The position numbers were made by a program, and so were the translations under genes. From Candidatus Helarchaeota ASGARD archaeon Hel_GB_B (GTDB lineage: Archaea; Asgardarchaeota; Lokiarchaeia; Helarchaeales; HEL-GB-B): 13,798 bases of DNA. Positions 1-6,883 of this stretch are shown one piece after another; positions within the stretch are counted from its first letter, which is position 1; each line of letters starts with the position of its first letter. The stretch covers positions 1 through 13,798 of the forward strand of contig SUPR01000092.1 of NCBI GenBank assembly GCA_005191425.1, read 5' to 3'. The notes under the pieces were generated by a model. The model made no database searches, was not told the DNA's origin, and worked only from the letters and a program-made list of their open reading frames with translations.

Positions 1-20
1 TTTCTATGACTAACTTGACT

Positions 21-1435
21 GGCAATTTAACATGGAACGGAAATTCATGGCAAGCAATTAATATTGATGTATCTACACTACCAGAAGGTATTTATTATAT
101 AAATACAACATTTGGAGGCAGGTATTCTTTTGGAAATAATAGCCATGCATCACAACTTTTAGCAATCTTTACAGTCGATCATTATTTCAAATTAAATGGT
201 ATTTCTATAAGTTGTAATGGTGGCAAACTCCAAAAACTGAATATAACAATTGACTGTGTAAATAGTACATATAAAAAACTCGGAAATCTTAAAGGTTTGG
301 AAGCAAAATTTCATTATTTTAGAATCTATAATGAATCTGGATATAATACCTCTATATATGGCAATTTTTCTTTTGATAATACGACTGGCACATATAAACG
401 GGAAGCTATTAATATTTCTACTTCTAATGTTCCTCCAGATATTACTTTGTTTATATTAATTTTACTAATTATCTTAATTATGGTTCTATTATTTTTAACT
501 CGATTTTGTTCTTAATAAATCATACTTTAATTTCTGAAACAACCCCACAGGACTTCTATGAAGGAAATTATATTCAAATTATTAAACTCCGAAATATTAG
601 AATTAAGAGCACATATAATGGGCTAAGTAATTTAGGAAAAGGAGCAGCTCGAATTCATAATTATTCTATATTTTATAGTAATGGTACATTTACAGGAAAA
701 GCCGGTAAATTGAATTATGATGGATATTCATGGTACTCTGATATCTCTGCTTCGGATTTGCCTGAAGGCGAGTACTATATTAATGCATTTTTTAAAGATA
801 AATACAACGATTCTGGTATAACTTATATTTCAAATAATTTTACAGTAGACCATATTATTGATTGTTCAAATTTTAAAGTCATATATTCTGGTTATATGGA
901 TCAAATATTTAATTTATCATTTATTCCGAAAAGTACTTTTACTCCAAAAGATATTATTGATAATACTGAAGAAATTTATGCTAAATATAAAGTGATTGAC
1001 CTTAATACTTCATTGTCTATTAAAAGTGGTAATTTAACTTGGACTGGTAATCTATGGAACAAAATTATTGATGTCAGTAAATTACTGGAACGTGATTATA
1101 TCGTATTAATAAATTTCTCGGATTCATATGATTCGGTGATCTGTAATTCATCTGTTTTATCACCATATCATTATATTGAAATATTTGCCCCAATTTTTGA
1201 ATATAATTTCGCTTCAATGCAAATAAATATCTTGAATTTCGCTGCCAACTGTTCTTATCATGGTGTAATTAATAATTTAACCACTATACCAACTAATATA
1301 TCATTCAAAATTATTAATGATAAGACTACTCAAATTATCGCAAGTAATTTTGATTATATTTCATCTTATTGGCAAAAATCTAATATTAATCTAAATAGTA
1401 TACCTTTTTCTAATATTACCATTTACATTTATTTC
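21..1435 (+). repeat. Five diverged protein-level repeats with a period of ~105-115 aa (probably beta-sandwich/Ig-like)
   Basis: Core motif G-x-L/F-x-W/Y/F...W/Y...I-D/N-V/I-S-x-L-P-x-G-x-Y starts at 21 (GNLTWNGNSWQAINIDVSTLPEGIYY), 360 (GNFSFDNTTGTYKREAINISTSNVPP[G]YY), 704 (GKLNYDGYSWYSDISASDLPEGEYY), 1028 (GNLTWTGNLWNKIIDVSKLLERDY) and 1343 (SNFDYISSYWQKSNINLNSIP). A boundary motif recurs: FTVDHY / FLINHT / FTVDHI / SPYHY. Confidence 0.8.
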
Positions 1436-1519
1436 GAAGTAAATGAGTCGTTTGGTAGTGCAAGATTCTCTTTATTATTAAATAATGGCACAGAAAATAT
1501 TTTTATATCTAAAAATGAT

Positions 1520-1846
1520 ATATCTATTATTATAAAAATATTAAATTCACCAAAATTAATGGAAATTTTATTAATTGAAAATCTGGTACCAATTGATCGC
1601 TTTAATTTAATAAACTCCACTGGAAATATCTATCAAATTGATATAAATGACAATAGTATCATTTTTAATGCTAATATTTCCATTAAATATTCTCAAAATG
1701 AAATTGACTTAAAAGGACTAGATGAATGGCTATTAACAATATATGCATGTGATAACGGCGTTTGAACTGAAATCAATGATGAATACCTCGATACAGAAAA
1801 TAATATTGTAACCGTAACTGTTAATCATTTCTCATATTTCGTAATT
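1520..1846 (+). other. Membrane-proximal beta-rich module ending in VNHFSYFVI (ZU5/GAIN/Nup98-like HF-S motif at 1826-1834)
   Basis: In-frame translation through the TGA gives LTIYACDNGV*TEINDEYLDTENNIVTVTVNHFSYFVI, resembling the 'W...D...n.v...v.HFS.f' ending of ZU5-like modules in prokaryotic surface proteins. Confidence 0.55.
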
Positions 1847-1867
1847 ATGCAAGGTAAATTTGGACTT

Positions 1868-2008
1868 GATTCTGATAATGACGGATTGACTGATTATTTA
1901 GAACATTATAAATATAATACCAACCCACTAATTTGGGATACAGACGGAGATGGCTTTTCCGATGGAGCGGAAATATCAAGTGGAACAGACCCATTGAACC
2001 CAAATAGC
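1868..2008 (+). repeat. Two DxDxDG calcium-binding (bacterial thrombospondin type-3-like) repeats
   Basis: DSDNDGLTDYLE...TNP and DTDGDGFSDGAE...GTDPLNPNS. Confidence 0.85.
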
Positions 2009-2032
2009 TATCCACGAGCTCATTCACAAGCA

Positions 2033-2119
2033 ATACCCGGATTTGAATTACACTACATCTTATTGATCATATTGCTATCATTAGGTTTTTCTATATACAA
2101 AATAAAAAAAGTAAATAAA
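2033..2119 (+). other. C-terminal archaeal sorting signal (PGF-CTERM / Loki-CTERM type)
   Basis: IPGF, then a hydrophobic helix (ELHYILLIILLSLGFSIY), then a basic cluster (KIKKVNK): the tripartite motif/TM/basic signal typical of archaeosortase-type targets. Confidence 0.8.
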
Positions 2120-2572
2120 TACAAACCTGATATTTTTAAAAAGTTGCTTTATTTAACTTAATATTTTAAATTATTTTAATTGCATTTTAAATTATATTCA
2201 ATAAAAATTTACAAGGTTATCAATTATTCACCAATTTTAATAGAGATATTTCGGGCATTTATAAATTATTATATTTATTTAATAACTCTTCCACACTTAT
2301 TTATTATAGCATATTTCATTGCTAATAATTTTACAACAATATTAATTGAGTTTTTTAGTGATTTAATATTCAATTCTCTTTACTAAATTTAATTTAAAAA
2401 AAGAAGACCTTATCTAAAAAAAAAGCAATTTAATAATAAATCAAATTTTTTTTTAATTTTGAGGATAATATTTTTATTAATAAAGAATTTTTAAGGTTGG
2501 AACTTCATTACATCAATTTTAAATAGTTAAATTTGGAATTGTACTCATAATTTAATGGTTAAGGAATTAAAG

Positions 2573-3037
2573 ATGGTTTTATTTTATACAAAAAATAAAA
2601 GTGTACATATATATGAGGATAAGAAAAATAAAATTTTAACAGCGAAGGCATCAATGGAGGATTTCTTCTTTAAAGGAGAAGTAGAATTAGATGTAAAAAT
2701 TTCAGGTATGGAGATTCTAAGAATTAGCGGAAAAATTGAGCGGTCAATTTCAAAAAGTTGTGATATTTTTCTAAAAAAATTGGAAGATATAATTGGAATT
2801 AGAATTAGTAGCGGACTTACAAAAAAAATAATGAAATTAGCAAATGGTATTGAGGGTTGTAATTATTTAGCAAGTTTAGTACTTGAATGTTGTGAAGGTT
2901 GTATTTTAGCTTTAACTGTTAAGCCATTAGAAAGAGCAGTACCAGAAATTAAAAAAATGAAAAATCTTACACCAAAAATGCTTGTTAATTTTATGCCGAA
3001 TATGAAAAATAGTTGTTTAGCATTTAAAGTTGATTAA
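2573..3037 (+). CDS. DUF2889-like Cys-rich protein, paralog A (alternative start ATG 2555)
   Basis: Pattern F-x-K-x-K-S-V...MED...beta strands...SC...IG(I)RI.SG.TK.I...GC..L..L..ECC...NSC.AF fits DUF2889-type proteins as recalled. It aligns by eye with the next gene. Confidence 0.65.
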   Translation: MVLFYTKNKSVHIYEDKKNKILTAKASMEDFFFKGEVELDVKISGMEILRISGKIERSISKSCDIFLKKLEDIIGIRISSGLTKKIMKLANGIEGCNYLASLVLECCEGCILALTVKPLERAVPEIKKMKNLTPKMLVNFMPNMKNSCLAFKVD

Positions 3038-3038
3038 A

Positions 3039-3524
3039 ATGGTTGAAAATTTGGATACTTTAAGTTTTAATAGAAACAAATTCGTTGGATTTGAAAAAAA
3101 AGATGACAATACTTATTTAATATTTGGTACTTTAGAAGATAATTTATATGCTCATGAAATAGAATTTGAAGTAAATATTTCTGAAATGATAATTACTAAA
3201 ATCAATGGAGTTATGCGGCGATATACTACACCGTTGTGTCCACCTGCCGTTGAATTGTTAAAAAAAGCTGAAGGATTAAAAATAGAACAAGGAGTTACCA
3301 GTAAAATAAAAAGAGAAATATCGCGACCAGGGTGCCGTCATTTTGGGAATTTGCTAAATGAATGTATTAATTCAATAGTGCCTGCAATTCTTACTTCAGA
3401 ATGGCGAGAAATGAAGGATAATAATATAGAATTAAGTAGAGAAGAATTTATTAAGAAAGTTATGCAAAAATATCCACAAATTAAAAATTTTTGCTCAATA
3501 TTAACAGGTTCTCCTATAAATTAA
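3039..3524 (+). CDS. DUF2889-like Cys-rich protein, paralog B
   Basis: FNRNK.V...LED..Y..EIE.EV......I....G.M.RY..PLC....GL.I..G....I.......GCRH..NLL.EC...NFC. ATG 3039 lies 1 nt after the upstream TAA; the track's TTG 3030 overlaps the previous gene. Confidence 0.75.
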   Translation: MVENLDTLSFNRNKFVGFEKKDDNTYLIFGTLEDNLYAHEIEFEVNISEMIITKINGVMRRYTTPLCPPAVELLKKAEGLKIEQGVTSKIKREISRPGCRHFGNLLNECINSIVPAILTSEWREMKDNNIELSREEFIKKVMQKYPQIKNFCSILTGSPIN

Positions 3525-3541
3525 TCAGAGATCGAATAATT

Positions 3542-4177
3542 ATGTTAATAGACTTACACATCCATACTTATCCAAAATCCAAATGTAGTAATATGTCTCC
3601 AGAAGAATGTATTGAAAAAGCAATAGAAATCGGGTTGGATGGGCTTGTATTTACTGAACATAATATTTGTTGGCAAAAATCAGAATTAGATTCACTTAAT
3701 AAAAAATATGATATTCTCATATTGGGTGGCATTGAAATTACTACAATTGAGGGAGATATTCTTGTTTATAATCATTTTTTTGATCCTATTACTAAATTAC
3801 CGAAAACTCAAGAAATTAGGGATATATTAGGCAATTCAAAAGATTCATTCATGGCAATAGCCCATCCATTTCGTGAGTTTCTTGTGGTTGGAATTGGTGA
3901 TTTAGGACTGGACATAAATGAAATAATGAACAGGCCTATTTTTAATATTTTAGATGGTATTGAAATTTTCAATGGTCTTGTATCGCGAAAAGCTAATAGA
4001 TTAGCCAAAACAATTTGTAATAAGAAAAATTTAATTTGTATAGGTGGCTCTGATGCTCATGAACTTTTTCAAATTGGTAAATATGTTGTAGAATTTGAAA
4101 ATGAAATTAAAAATGAAAAAGATCTTGTAAATGAATTATTTAAAAGAAATTTTCAAATAAAACATTTTAAAAAATAA
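3542..4177 (+). CDS. PHP-domain metal-dependent phosphoesterase-like protein
   Basis: PHP motifs DLHIHT, GLDGLVFTEH, GIEIT, AHP, IEIFN and GGSDAH. The start is moved to ATG 3542 (MLIDLH) because the track's TTG 3491 lies inside the upstream gene. Confidence 0.9.
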   Translation: MLIDLHIHTYPKSKCSNMSPEECIEKAIEIGLDGLVFTEHNICWQKSELDSLNKKYDILILGGIEITTIEGDILVYNHFFDPITKLPKTQEIRDILGNSKDSFMAIAHPFREFLVVGIGDLGLDINEIMNRPIFNILDGIEIFNGLVSRKANRLAKTICNKKNLICIGGSDAHELFQIGKYVVEFENEIKNEKDLVNELFKRNFQIKHFKK

Positions 4178-4182
4178 GGTGA
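4176..4182 (+). promoter_or_regulatory. Shine-Dalgarno site (AAGGTGA) overlapping the PHP stop codon; translational coupling to DUF169
   Basis: Complementary to the archaeal anti-SD and 5 nt before ATG 4188. Similar GGT(G) motifs lie upstream of the lipase (5911-5915, -), ECH (6043-6046), the flavoenzyme (6873-6877) and gdhA (11829-11833, -). Confidence 0.65.
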
Positions 4183-4187
4183 ATATA

Positions 4188-4991
4188 ATGGGAAAATGGA
4201 ATGAATTAACAAAAAAACTCGAAAGATTATTACGATTAAAAACATTTCCTATTGCTTTTAAATTATTAGAAAATGAAGAAGAATTATATAATAATAAATG
4301 GGTTAGAATTCCTAATAAAAAAGAACCAGCTACTTTATGTCAACTTATTACTAGAGTTAGGACATTTGATTGGACTGTTGGCGCAACTGCTGAAAATTTA
4401 GCTACACCTGTATGTCCTTATATGCTTGGTATGCTAAATGAAACTCCTGAAATGATAAAAAATGGGACTTATCGAACTATTAAATGGTTTAAGGATATCA
4501 AGGAATCCTTAAGATATGAATCAATTTTTCCAAAAATTGAGCTTGGAAAATATAAAGCAGTAATGCTAGCACCTCTTTTATATGATCCATTTGATCCAGA
4601 TATCGTCTTACTCTATGGGAATCCCGCACAAATGATTGTAATTATAAATGCATTGCAGTTTTTCAAGTATGAACGCTTTACTTTTTATTGTGTGGGTGAA
4701 AGCTCATGTGTCGATTATATAGCTCAATGTTATAATACAAAAAAGCCCTCTTTAACAATTCCTTGTTATGGTGAAAGGAGATATGGACATGCCCAAGATG
4801 ATGAATTAGTAATTGCTCTCCCAGCAGATATGATAGAAGACCCACTAATTAAGGGACTAGAGGAATTATATAAACGAGGGATACGATATCCTATACCATA
4901 TTATGGGGCCGAAGTAGACCCAAGACCTGGGCTTTTTGATGCATATGCTGGAAGTAGGAAATATAGAAAACAAAAAGTTAAATATAAATAA
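4188..4991 (+). CDS. DUF169 (COG2043) family protein
   Basis: LRLKTFPIAFK, TLCQ, PDIVLLYGNPAQM, GESSC and PCYGERRYGHAQDDELV are characteristic DUF169 blocks. SD aaggtga at 4176-4182 favours ATG 4188. Confidence 0.9.
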   Translation: MGKWNELTKKLERLLRLKTFPIAFKLLENEEELYNNKWVRIPNKKEPATLCQLITRVRTFDWTVGATAENLATPVCPYMLGMLNETPEMIKNGTYRTIKWFKDIKESLRYESIFPKIELGKYKAVMLAPLLYDPFDPDIVLLYGNPAQMIVIINALQFFKYERFTFYCVGESSCVDYIAQCYNTKKPSLTIPCYGERRYGHAQDDELVIALPADMIEDPLIKGLEELYKRGIRYPIPYYGAEVDPRPGLFDAYAGSRKYRKQKVKYK

Positions 4992-5039
4992 AAAAATCGA
5001 AACAAATATGTTAGAGAAAATCTTTTGACTTTATAATTT

Positions 5040-5057
5040 AATTTTATCGATAAAATT
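5040..5057. terminator. Perfect 18-bp palindrome (aattttatcgataaaatt) between convergent genes; possible bidirectional terminator hairpin
   Basis: Located in the 77-bp gap between the DUF169 stop (4991) and the lipase stop (5069). Confidence 0.3.
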
Positions 5058-5068
5058 TCATTTTGAAG

Positions 5069-5902
5069 TTAAGTATGTTTGTTAAGCCAATCTAATAAAT
5101 CTTGGAGCACTATTTCTCTTTTTTCTTTAAGTTCGTTGTACACTTCGTGTCTTAAACCATCATATTTTTTAAAGGTTTTATCTTCCATTGTCATTAGTTC
5201 CTCAAGTTTGTCTGCACCTAGTATTAAGGTATCTTCAGATCCAAACTGAACTAAAGTTGGAATTTTAATATTTGGAGTTAATTTATTAGCTATTTTATTA
5301 CCCCTAAACATTTCAGCACCTAACCGAATAGTAATTTCTTTAAGGAGTAAGGGGTCTTCATCATAATTTTTTATAACTTCAGGGTCATGAGATACATCTT
5401 CACCTTTAATTTTTGTCGAGATTTTACCTTTTGGAGTAAGTATAGACATTAATTTTGCAAATGCTATTAATAATGCATTTGTAGAACCACCAATTTTTGT
5501 TCCAGCACCAGATAAAATTAATCCTTTGAAATTGTCTTGGACCGAACTTATATATGCTTTTGAAATAATAGAACCTAATGAATGTCCAAGTAGAAATAAT
5601 GATTTATCTCCTATTTTTTCTTTTATCAATTCAGTGAATTTTTCTTGGTCTTTAATAAAGTCTTCAAATTTATTAACATATGCCCTAATACCTTTAGATT
5701 TACCATGCCCTCGTAAATCGCTGGCATAGATTAAATATCCATTTGGAACAAGCTTATTTACTACATTAATATATCTAGTAGAATATTCACCCAATCCATG
5801 AACAATCTGAATTACAGCTTTAACATCACCATCTGGTCTCCAAATTTGATAATACAGGTCTAAATCATCATAACTCTTAAAAAAATTATCCTCGTGTTTC
5901 AT
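5069..5902 (-). CDS. Alpha/beta hydrolase, lysophospholipase / monoacylglycerol lipase (PldB / Hydrolase_4) family
   Basis: Oxyanion motif HGLGEYS, D.RGHG.S, nucleophile elbow GHSLG, acid in GSED and His in LRHE; 277 aa; SD aaggt. Confidence 0.92.
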   Translation of the reverse strand: MKHEDNFFKSYDDLDLYYQIWRPDGDVKAVIQIVHGLGEYSTRYINVVNKLVPNGYLIYASDLRGHGKSKGIRAYVNKFEDFIKDQEKFTELIKEKIGDKSLFLLGHSLGSIISKAYISSVQDNFKGLILSGAGTKIGGSTNALLIAFAKLMSILTPKGKISTKIKGEDVSHDPEVIKNYDEDPLLLKEITIRLGAEMFRGNKIANKLTPNIKIPTLVQFGSEDTLILGADKLEELMTMEDKTFKKYDGLRHEVYNELKEKREIVLQDLLDWLNKHT

Positions 5903-6056
5903 CTTTAATTACCTTATTATAAAATTTATTATATTATTTCTAAAATTAAATTAATTTAATCATTTAAATTATTATTGGAAATATGTAATTATAAAAAAAT
6001 CTAAAAATTAAAAATAAAATAATATGATAATTGAAATATTTTAGGTCGATATAAAA

Positions 6057-6872
6057 TTGAGTGATATAGTTTTAATAGAGAAAAATGAAGAAAAACCTAT
6101 TACAACGATTAAACTTAACCGATTAAACAAAAAAAATGCGTTAAATTATGAATTATTTATTGGGCTTGATAATGCATTAGACGAGGTAGAGAAGGATGAT
6201 TCTAGGGTTGTAATTATAACTGGAGGTAAAGACACTTTTAGTGCAGGTATAGATTTAAAAATGCTGACTGGACAAGATGTTGAATCCGATTTTAGAGCTC
6301 CATTAAGACCTACCAATTTTAGATATTGGTTAAATACTTGGTTACAACCGATTTTTACAAAAATTGAGATGATGGAAAAACCTGTTATAGCTAAAATTAA
6401 TGGGTATTGTTATGGCTCAGGTTTTGAATTGGCTTGTGCATGTGATTTTAGATTTGCAATAGAAACTGCAACATTTACTATGCCCGAATCAAAAGTAGGC
6501 ATAATAACCGATGTAGGTGGTACCATAAGATTAGTAAGATTAGTCGGTTTAACCAATGCCAAGGATATAATACTTACTGGCAGGACTTTTGACGGAAAAG
6601 AAGCCTATAGACTTGGAATATTAAATAATGTTGCTAAATCTATTGAAGAATTGGACCAAATGATATCCGATTTCGCTGATGAACTTATTGATAGCGCACC
6701 TTTGGCTGTTGGTTTTGGAAAAAGACTAATTAATGCTTGCTATGGAAAAGATACTGCATTTGGAATGGAATTAGAAGGTTTTGTTAATTCACAGTTATTG
6801 CAAACTAAAGATTTTTTTACTGGAGCCTTTGCAAGATTACAAAAGAAAAAACCAAAATGGAAAGGAAAATAA
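6057..6872 (+). CDS. Enoyl-CoA hydratase/isomerase (crotonase) family protein
   Basis: LNRLNKKNAL, FSAGIDL, IAKINGYCYGSGFELACACD and MPESKVG with both crotonase glutamates present; TTG start with upstream aggt. Confidence 0.92.
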   Translation: MSDIVLIEKNEEKPITTIKLNRLNKKNALNYELFIGLDNALDEVEKDDSRVVIITGGKDTFSAGIDLKMLTGQDVESDFRAPLRPTNFRYWLNTWLQPIFTKIEMMEKPVIAKINGYCYGSGFELACACDFRFAIETATFTMPESKVGIITDVGGTIRLVRLVGLTNAKDIILTGRTFDGKEAYRLGILNNVAKSIEELDQMISDFADELIDSAPLAVGFGKRLINACYGKDTAFGMELEGFVNSQLLQTKDFFTGAFARLQKKKPKWKGK

Positions 6873-6883
6873 AGTGATGTTTT

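Larger units (their letters stand above)
1..2161 (+). pseudogene. Large cell-surface glycoprotein gene (5'-truncated by the window edge) interrupted by a 1-nt frameshift at ~438-439 and an in-frame TGA at 1763-1765; reconstructed length >=719 aa. Unites track ORFs 6..515, 506..1765 and 1847..2161.
   Basis: The frame of ORF 6..515 is open from position 3. At ...NVPP (cct cca ga tat tac) the repeat consensus continues in the 506 frame as YYFVYINFTNYLNYGSIIFNSILFLINH, and one added G restores P-P-G-Y-Y. ORFs 506..1765 and 1847..2161 share a frame and are joined by TGA plus 27 sense codons (TEINDEYLDTENNIVTVTVNHFSYFVI). N-x-S/T sequons are very dense, and there is a C-terminal TM anchor. Confidence 0.85.

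Noticed and set aside
6-515. ORF1 as an independent membrane-anchored protein
   Set aside because: The hydrophobic tail is the off-frame reading after the ~438 indel; the alternative frame continues the repeat consensus exactly.
1763-1765. TGA as selenocysteine or as evidence of genome-wide UGA=Trp recoding
   Set aside because: The context predicts Trp in a non-redox surface domain and no SECIS-like hairpin is evident in the AT-rich 3' region. All other long ORFs are uninterrupted under the standard code.
1429-2033. Antisense ORFs 1429..1620 and 1845..2033
   Set aside because: Shadow ORFs opposite the well-supported surface-protein gene.
2180-2386. 68-aa + strand ORF; also short coding-looking patches on the - strand (e.g. 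MKYAIINKCGRVIK)
   Set aside because: FILY-rich low-complexity translation typical of AT-rich intergenic DNA, with a TTG start and no SD or motif. The - strand patches are broken by stops in all frames and resemble nothing recognisable.
2518-2525. TTTAAATA as the TATA box of the DUF2889 operon (and similar boxes upstream of other genes)
   Set aside because: The position is plausible, but TATA-like octamers are ubiquitous at this AT content and no clear BRE supports a specific call.
3808-4008. Antisense 66-aa ORF
   Set aside because: Lies entirely opposite the PHP gene; no motifs.
5526-5729. 67-aa + strand ORF
   Set aside because: Antisense shadow of the lipase gene.
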